A DNA stretch of 56,823 nucleotides, counting the filler, from Sphacelaria rigidula (lineage: Eukaryota): NCBI GenBank assembly GCA_964200075.2. It is 6 parts of 6 records of this genome, joined end to end, with 100 filler letters (N's around TTAATTAATTAA, not from the genome) between each part and the next. Parts side by side here need not be neighbours in the genome. Positions count along the whole stretch, not along the records: positions 18,978 to 28,364 come from CAXNAA020008611.1; positions 28,465 to 37,851 come from CAXNAA020008612.1; 4 more parts are not named here. The stretch is one strand, 5' to 3'. The position numbers were made by a program, and so were the translations under genes. This document shows positions 24,986 through 36,882 of this stretch, one piece after another (the stretch's first letter is position 1; every line of letters starts with the position of its first letter). The notes under the pieces were generated by a model. It was given only the letters and a program-made list of their open reading frames with translations, did no database searches and was not told the origin of the DNA.

Positions 24986-27013
24986 GGCCAACAAAAGCGG
25001 GGAATGAAGTGATGAAAGTCACGAACTGCTGAGTCAGGGGTCTGAAGAAAAGTGAGAAAACATACACATAAAAAAAAAGCGCGTGTACTCCAGCATGCAA
25101 ACGCATCAACAGACACTATCCTTCTTTCTCGCGAAAACAAGCAGCAACGAGTAAATAAGTAGGTACAACCGTGAAAACAATCCACACCCTGGACAATATA
25201 TGGTCGATAGATGCAATAGACGAAAATAATATTGCCTAAAGTATAGGCCTATTTGAACTATTGCCGGCCGACAACATCACAATAGACTACACTTTATGCA
25301 GTACGCTCCTGTCTGTTGCAACAATTGAGCATATATTGTCCGAGGTGTGGAACAATCAAAACCAAAGCTTCAAGACAATCAATACACGAAAAAAACTCCT
25401 GTTGAACAATCAAAATCAGCGCCAAAGATTAAAAAAAAAAAACGGTAGGTTCCAAACGCGTCACGACAAAGAAAGCCGGGAACCTCTCCTCCACTCCCCT
25501 GAGACCTGTTGCCTGAGCTATAAATTTCATGGGAAAGCGCATGGTTGGTTGACTTATGGAGCTTTCTCCGAACATCTCGGAGCCTGTACCCTGTCTCGCA
25601 GTGAGAGTAAATCGGCCTGTGATGTTGTTCCGAGATGAAGCTGGCGGTCAAAGGGGTCAAAATAGGTGTGCTTGATTCCAACTGTTTTAGATTTCAATGC
25701 CTGGATCTTTACTGCAGATCATTCCATCATTCCAACATGCAAATTAACACGCGCCAGCGGAGGGACGGGTTGATCTCTGAAGACAACTGACCTCGCATCC
25801 TCACAAAACCGGGACGGAACACGCCGGGGGGGGGGGCGAGGGATGAACAAGATTGTCACGTGTGATCCGTGGATTCTTTTTCACAACTCTCGTCCTCCAC
25901 CCTTATCCTGCCATGGAGACGTAGGGTTCAAAGTAAAGCGATTCAAGAATGTGTGACTTGTATCAGGTGCTTGTTCGTCAGAGTCTTGATTAATCGATCA
26001 TCGCAGATTACCTTCATCCTTGCACGAATCCTGCCGCGTGGACACGAAATGGACGTACCCCCAGAAAGTAAGTACTAGCTTGTATTTGTTTTAGCGACGT
26101 TGAAACAGCTGAAACGAACAAAAACAAATAACGATTTCACCCAGCACTCCACAAAAGCCCCCCGTCGGAAAACGCAATCCTCAAGTCAACATCATGATCA
26201 CCTCATGCATGTAACCCTACCAGGTACTCTATTGCAAACGAGGCACAACATATGTACGACTGAAACGCCTGGGCAAAACGTACACCGTTCATCAAAAACA
26301 ACTGAAGAGAACAACACCACGGACACAGTCGCAACCATTTTAATTTGGTCATATCTCGGCTCCGAAATCCATCGGCTATTTACTACGAGTATAATACTAC
26401 GCTCACGTATCCAGAGGACTGGCGCACAGTCCGAGCGCTCGCTCAGCGTTCGTAGCACGCGTTTCGACTCAAGTCGGCGCGAGCCAAACCAAAGCGAACT
26501 TGCATCGAGCACTCGTGGAAGCAGTCCGCGTGCCTGAGGGTTCTCCGTCTGCCTGACGTTGAGGTTTGTGTCACTTGGGGTCAGTACTTGATAACTGACA
26601 CGGTATCTCTCATGGTTTTGACGAGGGAATAATTGGAAAAAAAAAAACAATGTGCTGACCTACCGGATTTCGGAACGGACCTAGGAAATAAAACGCCTCG
26701 CGACAAACAAAACACCATCGGCGCCGCACTGAAAACACTCGGACCAGCACCATAACAAACACCTGGTATATATTCTTGATTTTTTTCTTCTTTCTTTATC
26801 ATCACCTGCAAGTCGAGAGAGGACATGGAGCATGCATCGGCCCACTCCTGAGGCAAGGGCTGCCTCCCCAAGTACTCCCCGAGCTGCTGGCGGACCTGAA
26901 GGTAGTGCATGAGAGCCTGAATCTTCGTGCCCAGCTCGTACTCCTCGTCTCTCGACAGGATCTTGCAATCTCGCAGCTCTTCGCACATTTGCCGTATTGT
27001 CATAGCCCCGTTA
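19536..27013 (-). CDS. Nucleus-encoded plastid RNA polymerase sigma-70 factor, 5'-partial. Exons 27013-26806, 24931-24707, 23442-23320, 21840-21763, 21043-20871, 19749-19536 (~339 aa)
   Basis: All five introns are GT-AG and phase-consistent. Region 1.2 [11 protein letters not shown]; region 2 [13 protein letters not shown]...[43 protein letters not shown]; region 3 IAEQLEM; region 4 [15 protein letters not shown]...VRKIESKAM. Confidence 0.93.
20871..21043 (-). CDS. Sigma factor exon (region 3.2-4.1)
   Basis: VPMGG...IGDTVED...[12 protein letters not shown]; phase-2 donor ag|gtatgt. Confidence 0.9.
21763..21840 (-). CDS. Sigma factor exon (region 3), absent from the ORF track
   Basis: cag acceptor, gag|gtatga donor; [26 protein letters not shown]. 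Confidence 0.88.
22581..22660 (-). mobile_element. tRNA-derived SINE head fragment (intronic)
   Basis: gaaaaacccaacgcatcg...tcgaacc.tcgttctctcc.ccctaat matches 10622-10700. Confidence 0.7.
23320..23442 (-). CDS. Sigma factor exon (region 2.4-3)
   Basis: [15 protein letters not shown]...RPSRAE; gag|gtgaga donor. Confidence 0.92.
23664..24052 (-). mobile_element. 5'-truncated LINE 3' end in a sigma factor intron
   Basis: [31 protein letters not shown] (C-x-C...H...C knuckle), followed by the shared 3' terminus and a C-rich tail. Confidence 0.8.
24707..24931 (-). CDS. Sigma factor exon (regions 2.1-2.4)
   Basis: aacag acceptor, aag|gtgtgt donor; [12 protein letters not shown]...[13 protein letters not shown]. 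Confidence 0.95.
26806..27013 (-). CDS. Sigma factor exon (region 1.2)
   Basis: ttttttag acceptor, cag|gtgatg donor; [16 protein letters not shown]...[11 protein letters not shown]. Confidence 0.88.
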
Positions 27014-27299
27014 CTAAAAAAAATCCGTCGCAACCAGAGTGACCGAGAGCGCAACAAAAAAAAATGGGAAAAGAGTTTGAGTTTGACGAAGGTGATGGAC
27101 CATCGCGGATGAGGAATAAATCTCAGACAGCAATACGCGTTCACCCCTTGGCATTCCATATGAATTGCCACGCTGATCGACCCTATATCTTCCACTGGAA
27201 ACACGTGCCAAAAAAAACAAAACAATTGCTTGACATTTAGCCCAGGCATCACAGCCACCCTCCCTACTTCCCCCCCTTTTTTAGCCGTACAGCTAAAGC

Positions 27300-27421
27300 T
27301 CACGCATTGGCATTAGCAGGGGTGATGTACAATACACAATACAAGTGGTTAGGTGAACGAATCACGCATTGGCATTAGCAGGGGTGATATATAGTACACG
27401 ATACAACCGGTCAGGTGAACG
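27300..27421. repeat. 62-bp direct tandem duplication
   Basis: tcacgcattggcattagcaggggtgat...ggtgaacg at 27300 and 27362. Confidence 0.85.
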
Positions 27422-28364
27422 GATCTCTCCTCCGATCTCTCCTCCACCTCCGCAATTGGGGATGGTCCGGTCTGCATGTAAGTCCCACACTCAGCCGCCG
27501 TAGCTGATTTTTTTCTTCAATTACCACGAGTCACGTCGATATCTCTGACTGGCAGTCAACCCGTACCAATACCTTTAAAATAGTGTACATTCTTTCTCCC
27601 AGTCTAGGAACGTGCTTTCAACATGTGAATCAACTTCAGATGGCAGCCTAATTACCTACATCTTATCCCCTTCTCACCCCCCCCCCCCGCGCGCGCGCGC
27701 GCAAAGTTTGGGCCATTACATTTACTGTGTGTAGCGTCTGGCCTGAGAGATATGTTATCCCTTGGCCTTTTACATGAATCAAGTACTGTGACAAGGATCG
27801 GGGACTGAGAACGACAGAGTCAACAGTTACACTGCTGTTACTGAGGAGGTCGTGCTCGAGACCAGAGATGAACTGGTCAGCCACAGCATCGGGGCTAATA
27901 CAGCGTTGCAGGTGAGTAAGCCGGTGAAAATTGTCCCGAAACAAAGGTCTGGCGCACAATGCGTGAACTCAACAAACCCTTGGATCACGAATAATCTAGG
28001 ATCTCAAACGAAAGGGAAAAAGTCGCACAAAAATCAATTACACAAGAGTAGTGCATGAACGTACAGTGATGGGCCGACTCATGAACTGCTCTGTCGGAAT
28101 ATCAAGTCAATTTTCGTACCCCTTCGTTTGCCGAGTGTCACTAAAAAACACGGTTGTACCTATGGATTGCGCCATGGTGTGTTTACAGGGAGTTTCACAC
28201 TTTGATTACATTTGGGGAGGGGGTACTAATGATCTTGCACGCCGTAGTCACGTGACAAAAAAAGGGGGGGGGGGGGGGCAATTGTTTGGCACAGCACTGA
28301 AGGGGGGGGGGTGGCTCCAAAATGGGGGGAAGAGGTCATATGCGGGGGGGGGGTTATTTCGGGG

Positions 28365-28464
28365 NNNNNNNNNNNNNNNNNNNNNNNNNNNNNNNNNNNN
28401 NNNNNNNNTTAATTAATTAANNNNNNNNNNNNNNNNNNNNNNNNNNNNNNNNNNNNNNNNNNNN
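28365..28464. other. Artificial contig linker
   Basis: Same 100-bp structure. Confidence 0.98.
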
Positions 28465-28833
28465 AAGCATCGCGGCTTCGGATAGGGGCATTTCATAGCC
28501 GGAAAATAGAAGGCTGGAGCTGAACAGAAATGGTAATGACTCGGGGCGGTTCAAGGAGACCTCGGAAGCGCTTACTTGCAGCATCAATTGTCACGCGTCA
28601 GGAACGGAGAAACAGATCAACCGTCCCTTGCGGCCCTTTTTTTTTTCGGAATTGTTTCTGGCATAACACCCCGAATATTTCTGGTCCCCAAAATTCCGAC
28701 TCTAGCGGAGACACAAACGAACAGGTCGCACGGGTCAAAGAGTTTCGCACTCAACTCCAAATGGCATGTAACCGACCGATATTGTATTTGCGATCTTTTC
28801 GGGACTTCACGGGGTACTTTTCAATCAGCTGCG

Positions 28834-29990
28834 AGTGGTATCTGTGACATCTTTCAGAAGCTAATCCCGGGGTCCTTCTGGCTGTTACGCCATCGGGCCC
28901 CTGCTTTACCCCAGGGTTGCCACCACTGTAATCAGCACCGCGCTGCCCAAATCTTACAGCAGCGCCGCTTGCCCTCCTCGCCGTGGTACAAACAGTCTAG
29001 CTATGCTTCTCCTTTCCAGAGTGATTAATACTCACCGTTCGAAACTGTCTGGGTGCCCCTGAAAAAAAGGAAATCCCGACGCGCTGGGGTTTCAACCCCG
29101 GCATACGCTATTGTTAGGTGTCACAGATACTACTGAGCCAACCAGTCCTGGTTGGCTCAGTAGTATCTGTGAAATTTAACAAAAATATTGACCCCGACGA
29201 GTTATGTTCACCAGGGCATCACCCGCGTACGTACACAACTCTCATGGTACATGTAGTCTATCTATGCTTCTCCTTTCCAGAGTGATGAATAATCACCGTG
29301 CAGAACGGTCCGAGTACCCCTGAAAAGAAGGAAATCCCGACGCGCTGGGGTTTGAACCCCGGGATTAGCTTTTGTTAGATACTGACTGTTTTGCTCAGTG
29401 GTATCTGTGACATGTAACAAAAAGATTGCCCCCGACTAGTTGTGTTTACTAGGGCCTCACCCTTGTTAGACATCACAGAAACCACTGAGCTAAATAGTCA
29501 GCGCTGACTGTTTAGCTCAGTGGTATCTGTGACATCTAATAAAAGCTAATCCCGGGGTCCTTCAGGGTGTTACGCCATCGGACCCCGTTTCACCCCAGGG
29601 TTGTCACCCCTGTAATCAGCGCCGCGCTGCCCAACTCTGTCAGCAGCGCCGCTTGCCCAACTCGCATGGTACAAGCAGTCTATCTGTGCGTCCTCTTTCC
29701 AGAGTGATGAATACTCACCGTGCGGAACGCTGACTGTTTAGCTCAGTGGTATCTGTGACATCTAACAAAAGCTGATTCCGGGGTTCAAATCCCAGCGCGT
29801 CGGGATCTCCTTCTTTTCAGGGGCACTCGGACCGTTCTGCACGGTGACTATTTATCACTCTGGAAAGGAGAAGCACAAATAGACTGCTTGTACCATGGTG
29901 AGGAGGGCAAGTGGCGCTGCTGTCAGCGTTGGGCAGCGCGGCGCAAATTACAGGGGTGGCAACCCTGGGGTGAAACGAGGTCTGGTGGCT
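28834..29990. mobile_element. Cluster of ~5 tandem/inverted copies of a ~330-bp element with ~55-bp tRNA-like terminal inverted repeats
   Basis: The terminus gctgactgtttagctcagtggtatctgtgacatctaacaaaag recurs in both orientations. The body at 29575-29725 is the reverse complement of ~29835-29985. A box at 29739-29749, B box at 29782-29792. Confidence 0.8.
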
Positions 29991-31737
29991 TAGGGTCGTT
30001 ATTATCGACACAGCTTTTTGGGAGATCGCCAAGATTTTAGGCGTTTTCGCACCGGGCGCTTCGTATTCTCCGAAGATGAAGCGGCTAGATTTTTTCGCCG
30101 AGCCTTCACGTTTGGCGTACGCCAAATATTTCAGACCGCAGCACCATACTCCGCAGAGCTGCCCTTGCGTGTCCGGTCGCAAGCATGCGAGAATCATCAG
30201 GAACTTTGCTAGTGACACCCTGGGCTATGTCGCACAGTAAAAAGCACCGCGGGTTGGCGGTATCTATCCTCTTGGACAGTGTGTGCCCCGGCAGCGGTGT
30301 TGGAGCTGTTGGGGCCAAGCACGGTGGTCGTCGTTTGCAGACATACACACTTTCGAAGCGAAGAGCAGAAACAATCCAGTACCTACCTACTTGCCTGCAG
30401 TGCTGCTACGAGTGTACGCTACTGCGCTGTCTGAAAAGTGTATAGCTGGTGGTTTTATTTGGTGTATCTGCGCATACAACTCACAGCAAGTAAGCATGCT
30501 GCGATCTATGCACGGGGCTTTCTACAGTCGGTATTTTACTCATGTGTGCTGCTGCAGCATCCTGAGAGCGCCGGTCGATCACGCCCTAGCCTGTCCGACT
30601 GTCCTCCTGTGTCACAGAGAGGTTGTGAGAAAGATGTTTACCACAGTTGTGAACGCCATACACGGGCAGGTCAGTACCATCTGCAATGAGATATCTAACA
30701 GCAACAGTAGATATAGATGATAATGAGCCTTCGACGATTGCCGAAATTTCAGACCCTCTCCAATTTTTTTTATTTGTCGATAATGAAGGCCCTTAACCCT
30801 TAGACCGCGAGCTTAGTCTTCTGTTGCATCGGCACCAATTTCAAGTGAAAAAAAAGTATGCATGATCCAGAAAGACTAATCTCGCGGTCTAAGGATCAAC
30901 CCTTAGACGACGAGCGTTGTCTCGGACCAGCTATACAGGCTGACAGTCCCGAGACGTCCGGGGGGGTTTCCAGGGCTCGGGGGGGGGGAAGGGGGGGGGG
31001 TCTCTCCGCGGAGCACTGGAGAAGCTCATGGTGTCGATCATGTGTGTTTGGAAGTTTCTCGCGGAAAATTATGAGCCGTGCACGAGGCCGGAGTGGCGCG
31101 GGGTGATCATTCTGACCAATCACGGTCGTCGAAATGAGCAGTTTTGTTCCGGTAGAGGGTAGAGGTACAGTAGACCGCTGGTAGACACATTCGCTGTCTA
31201 CCCTCTCATTTTGATCATGCCAAATGAACCATGGATTAAATACAAAAATGGTGTTCGAGCATCTTCGGTACACTGTGTCTGTCTGTTCAGTACTGCTTGA
31301 GCGTCCTACTAGCTCCACACCTCCATCTGGTATACAACGTTATGGCGCAACACGCGAGCGGCGGCCACGAGTACCCTACGCACGTATATGTAGACAAATA
31401 CTTCGACAGTGAGGCGACCGCCATCGCCGAGCAATTGCTGTACGGCAGTCGGGGGCGTTCGCGACGGCATACATGGTGCGGTATCCAAACGCACGCTGCG
31501 TACACTCGGCATGTTCGCCGCTGTAAGATCCAGTACGCTGCAGACCGCACGTGCAGCCGCGGCACCATACACTACAGACTGCACAGAAAAAATAGTAGGC
31601 GTACTCAGGTGATCGACAACCATACCACCGTCTGTGTTATGACTCTCACAACTGTGCGACTCTTATGCACTCCTGGTCCCTTCCGCCGTGGAGTAGGCAT
31701 TTTGAGTTGTGACAACGAAATTTTTCTGAACCCAAAA

Positions 31738-31841
31738 GGTGAAGGACCCCGGGATTAGTCTTTTGTTTGATGTCACATATACCACTGAGCTAAACAGTCA
31801 GCGCTGAATGTTAAGCTCAGTGGTATCTGTGACATCTAACA
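31738..31841. repeat. Further terminus-to-terminus junction of the same element
   Basis: gaaggaccccgggattag...ccactgagctaaacagtcagc|gctgaatgttaagctcagtggtatctgtgacatctaaca, a palindrome centred at 31802/31803. Confidence 0.8.
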
Positions 31842-32379
31842 TACACCGGCGCGTCCAGAATAGATGAGACAGCAACACACACACACACAACGTTCGACAC
31901 CGAGGAGCACATACCATTTACCACGCCGAGAAGTGCACCAAATGCGATGAACAGTTGTAATTTGAAATAGCCGAAAATGTGAAAATATTCAACGTGGGTA
32001 CGACGACTCACATCTTGTATACCTCACGCACACTACTCACACGTAGACCACCATTATTTACCTTACGCACATTGCCCACACGTCTTCCTTTGTTTAGCAA
32101 TGCCCGCTTGAACGATGTGGGAGAGAACACGCACCCCTGCCCCCACGCGGACCATCTACCGTCCTCAAATGAGGCACTTCAATTTCTCACTTCACAGTAG
32201 CCCGTGTTTCGGAGTGTCCCTCCTGTCAAACAGATAGTGGCGGGCATTTAGACCGCGACTCGAGTACTGGTACTTGACCGCGAAAACGCCTCCTTGTATT
32301 CCAGGTTAGTCGTTCATACACAAGGGCTATATAGTTCAACAGCAGCGGGTGAGGCCAAGCAAACCTGCTTCTTCACAAC

Positions 32380-35300
32380 ATGGCAACCGACGGCACCAAC
32401 AAGAGAAAGAGAGGGAAAATGAAATTGACATCGGCAGCAGCAGCATTAGCACCAGCGTCAGTACCCCCGGCCCCAGACGCAGCCGCAGCAAGGAAAGCAG
32501 CCCCATTTGTAGTGGGTCTCCATGCTGCGGTCGTTTCAAATACAGACAGCCTGGCCACTTTTGATGATGGTGCGTGTGGGTGCATGATGATTTGATCGAG
32601 GCTCCTGCAGTAGTATTTGCAGAGAATAGGATTTCAAAAATGGCTGCATGCGTGCGGCAGACAGCGCACACATGATTTACGGGTTTGGGGTGTTACATAA
32701 TTTTACTCTGTTGCTCACCCTTTCGTGAAACCACTGAGTATGCGAACGTGAGGACCGGTAACTTGTCGCGAGTGCAGCTCTCCCGGGACCCCTACAGAAT
32801 CGCACATTTGAGACCTCAGACATATCAGAGAGGTGAATCTCTCTGGCAAGCCGATACATATCATCTGCAATGGACGTTGGGATAGCTTTGCTTTGGTGGC
32901 TGGATCGAGTGTTTTTTACTGCAATCTCGCTTCTTTGGGTCAACCCTTAAGCGCCGGACTTCCTTTCGGAACAATACAACCGGCTGGTCTTCAAGGCCGA
33001 TAACCCCGACGCTGTTGCGGGGCAGCGCCTCTATCTTTACTAGTACCTCCCCGAATAATGGCATGACGTGTATTCCATGATCCCTGGTACCTGACTCCGG
33101 TATATTCTAGCGCATTGTTTCCCACGCATCCCCTGCGATCGACGTATAGGAGCGATCTGTGGCGTCTGGCTTCCGCTGGGTCAATTTCGCATCACCAAGT
33201 TCACATATCAAACTTGTACGGCATACCAAGGGGCCGTACCGTGCACCGCAGACCCCAACTGTGGTATACTTTGGCGTATGGCGCTGTGATGTTTTGTTAT
33301 GCAGCACAACACAGTACAACACAGCATGGCACAGCACGGCAGAGCACGGCACAGCATGATACAGCATGGTGGCATTTATACGCACGTGTCAATCATAGCC
33401 ATCATACCTACGTTGAGGGAGACTTACGCCGGACTGCATGAACCTAAACTACTTATGTTGACCACCACTAAATTCGAGTGTGGAGGTGACGTTGGTGTCT
33501 AGCTAAGCAGGCACTTATCTTTTCCCTGTTCGGTTCTATTCGATCTGTCCCGTTGTATTCGAACCGCGCACTCGACCGGTTGCCCTGTAAAGCGCAGAAT
33601 GTCGTAGCACTTCTTGCAGTGACTCACACCGTCGACATTTCCAGTGAGTTTGCACTGGGCTACTTGTCATACTATGGTGTGTCACTCGTGGGTGTTTCAC
33701 TCGCCGTTCGTCGACTTGCTTTGGAATATTAGAGGCCATTGGCACAAGCACAGGTACTCATGACATTATCTATGTCACTCACACGTATGTCGTCGCCGTC
33801 ATAATGGACACATAGACTTTGTTCAAACACGAACATAGTTCTGTGTTGTGCGCAAGTTGCGCAAGTCAATGTTCACTGAAGATGTTACTGTAGACATTGT
33901 GCTATCCTGCCACGGAGGGCTAGTCGTTACTGAATACCGAATTTTGGAGGTAGAGCTCCATACCTAGGAACTCAACACCAACGTACATCTTCCCCAATTC
34001 TGCCACTTCGACAATCCCCTCCCTAGACTAACTATTGGACTCAGACAGTGTCGCGAGGACTTACATTTTCTATATGTGTGTCAATAAATGCGGTGTCTCC
34101 CTCGATTCGCCGTGAGCTAAGCATGAAGCTGTGATGGTTTCCGAATGTAATCAACCTGAGCCTCTCCTTCCTGACTCTGCATTTGTGAATGTGGGTGCGA
34201 CCTGCGTGTCACATCTCGTGGGTTTCAGGCAACATTATCTTCACCAATGAGGCCAGCGTGGGGCAGGAGGTCCTGACCAAGCACTTCAGCAACTGCAGCA
34301 CGTATGCCTCCTTCCAGAGGAATATGAATTACTTCGGCTTCAGAAAATTATCGAAGAAGGTCTGGTTTATTCAACCGTTCTGAGGACGAGTGCGTCACAG
34401 AGAAAGTCTGGTGTCCCGGATCATGCTCTTTTTGCCGTTGCAGATGTCGCTTTTCTACGCAATTCCTCTGTTCGTACCGCAGCCGGTCTGTTCTTCGAAT
34501 GGCCGGTGTGGATATGATTCCTGGACCAGTCTCTATTGTGTAGTATTTGCCGACAGACTACCCCGCTGCACTGTTATGCCTGAAGACGACCTTGTGTTCT
34601 TTCGAACATAACCTCGACCGATGTCGCGACGATATAGTTTAGATGAGGGCACGGGTGATCAGGGATACAGCAATGGGCAATACAAACACATAGTGTCATT
34701 TGCGATTTACATCAGAGATGGCATGATGGCCTTGCTCGAAATTATATTGGGATGAATTTACCAAACGAGTCCCCTAGTCTCGCATTTTCAACCAAGCCCT
34801 CAACACACCTCGTCACCGGGCGCTGTTGGACGCGCACTCTGTTCTTCGCAACTGTTCCTCGTCGCACGGTGCATGCGCACTGCCTGGTGGCCCCGCCCCG
34901 CCCCAATGTTGGAATTTGTCCAGCCCCTCGTGTTCTACAATTACACACTCAAGGTGATGATCTTACTAATACTTAGGACGAAAATAAGTCTACTCGGATT
35001 TGTTACAGTTGTTGCTTATCAAGAGGGGTGCATAAGTCTTGTGTAATCAACGCGAATGGGTGGCATTTTCTTTGACCGTTGCCGTGACTCGGTACGGTGA
35101 CAAGTTTGACGGAGAGTCAAGTGAACGGAGTGGCCAAGAGTAATCGGGTTGATATGAAGGGGTGAGCGGCCAACGTATTCAACAGTTGCAATACTTCCTG
35201 CGGTGCCAGGTTCAACAAACTGGCTATGATGCCTGCCGATGCCCTCGGGCACGACTTGGAAGCATTTGAGGGTGTCCTGCCGCAAAATAACCCCTAGCAT

Positions 35301-36882
35301 GACATGGCGCGAGCCCTGCTAATCCCTTCCCATATATCCTATGCACCTCCGCCGAATCCGCACGTCGCTAACCACCCACTCACAGGGAAGGCATCCACGG
35401 GAGATCCTGAACCTCACACGCCGCACCAAACTATCGGGTACGGCAGGGTCAAACAGCACTGTCTCCGTGTTGGACCAGCCGTTATCGAAATATTTCAAGC
35501 TACCCATCGACGAGCAAGGTCGTGGTCGCGGCGACGATGACCATGCGTACAGTCGCAACGTCGATGATACAACGGGTAAAAGAAAGAAAGGCAGTAACGA
35601 TGTCCTCATCGATAGCCATCTGGCAAGGAGTAAACGCCCGAAGCAACGATCGCAGAGCAAGGAAGGCGGAGTAGTTCGGCAGGATGCTTCAGTCAGGCGT
35701 GAAGATATTGGCGCCGGCCACAACGCGGGTGAGATGAAGAATGGACGAAACGGTGTCAGTGCCGACGTGTCCGGCTGGCAGCGTCTTCTCTCCGCCAACC
35801 CTTCATCACAATCTCTTCCTGCTATCGAAAACACTATCCGCAAGAAGGGTAACCCACCGAGCTATGACAATGATGGTGGTCGGTGGATGAAGTGTGGAGC
35901 TAAACATTCTGTCGCTGAACTTGGTGCCCACAAACAACGGAACAAAGCAAAACAAGATAGGCAAGAGAACACCAGCAACAAAGGGGCGAGGACATTCCGG
36001 ACTCTAGTAACAGCGGTCAAGATGAAAACCGATTATCTTCTTGACGGTGGCGATAGGAGTGATGGGCCACTCTCCGTCGACGCTCACGCAGAGAAATCGC
36101 CAGCCCCATTCGGCGCGCACAACATCAGCAGTGCAAGACGCAGCAGTAGCAGTAGTAGAACCACCAGCAGCATACTTGACGGCAGAACGGTGTTCGAGCG
36201 CGAGCAGAGCGATCACAGCCGCGATGTCGATGAGTTACGGCGTCCATCTTCGGGCTGTTCTGCCGCAGGCAATGACCCTACTAGGGTGCACCCTCTGCAA
36301 CTGCCGGGGGATCGATTATCGCCGATATCAAGTTATACCTTCACGTCGGATCTCAGCCCAAGTATGGAGTTTTCCGGGCAGCAGGCACTGACTACGGTAG
36401 ACTTCAATTGCCAGAGCCAACTGTCCCCCCCTGTCAACAATGATGCGCCACTTTCCCGTTCACTGCTTCCTTCGTGGTCCTTGCACGGGGGTGATGTCGA
36501 GTTTGTGAGCAAGGACTTCGGCGACAGCTTACTTAGTGACTGCCGAACGTCTGAAGGAAGGAGCATTTGTTTCGGGAGTACTACTGGTCTCTCGCCGAGT
36601 GCCACCGTTCGTGTATCGTGCGGGCAAGACACCATGTTCTCCCCTAGTTTCTGGAAGTTTGTTCGCAACAGCGAGTCAGACAACGGAAGAAGGGGGGGGT
36701 GGGACACAGAAAATTCCACAATCTCGAGCCTGAAGATTGAAAGCGAACGTTGGAGAGCAAACGACAATACCACTGGAGTGGGTGCTGAGGTGCGGTCATC
36801 CCCAGGATTGCCTCCAACCCCTACGGCTCTGTCCCTACAAAGCCCAAACCATGACAACGCGTCTTGGGGTTCTAGACTTTAG
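32380..36882 (+). CDS. HSF-type DNA-binding domain transcription factor. Exons 32380-32569, 34229-34359, 35386-36882 (~605 aa; a micro-exon may be missing)
   Basis: ATG in acaacATGG context. APFVVGLHAAV...FDDG|NIIF...EVLTKHFSNCSTYASFQRNMNYFGFRK matches the HSF winged helix. The GT-AG phases agree (1 and 0). There is a gctaac branch point before the cacag acceptor at 35385 and a long Ser-rich tail. Confidence 0.8.
34229..34359 (+). CDS. HSF DNA-binding domain exon (recognition helix)
   Basis: SFQRNMNYFGFRK versus the consensus SFVRQLNxYGFRK; tttcag acceptor, aag|gt donor. Confidence 0.88.
35386..36882 (+). CDS. Long terminal exon of the HSF-like gene
   Basis: 1.5-kb open frame starting GRHPREILNLTRR (resembles the end of the HSF domain), with a basic GKRKK motif. 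Confidence 0.78.
   Translation, partial: GRHPREILNLTRRTKLSGTAGSNSTVSVLDQPLSKYFKLPIDEQGRGRGDDDHAYSRNVDDTTGKRKKGSNDVLIDSHLARSKRPKQRSQSKEGGVVRQDASVRREDIGAGHNAGEMKNGRNGVSADVSGWQRLLSANPSSQSLPAIENTIRKKGNPPSYDNDGGRWMKCGAKHSVAELGAHKQRNKAKQDRQENTSNKGARTFRTLVTAVKMKTDYLLDGGDRSDGPLSVDAHAEKSPAPFGAHNISSARRSSSSSRTTSSILDGRTVFEREQSDHSRDVDELRRPSSGCSAAGNDPTRVHPLQLPGDRLSPISSYTFTSDLSPSMEFSGQQALTTVDFNCQSQLSPPVNNDAPLSRSLLPSWSLHGGDVEFVSKDFGDSLLSDCRTSEGRSICFGSTTGLSPSATVRVSCGQDTMFSPSFWKFVRNSESDNGRRGGWDTENSTISSLKIESERWRANDNTTGVGAEVRSSPGLPPTPTALSLQSPNHDNASWGSRL

Noticed and set aside
29729-29805. Functional tRNA gene (also considered at 10621-10704 and 48800-48870)
   Set aside because: A and B boxes are present but I cannot fold a proper acceptor stem or cloverleaf. 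The sequences are embedded in repeats.
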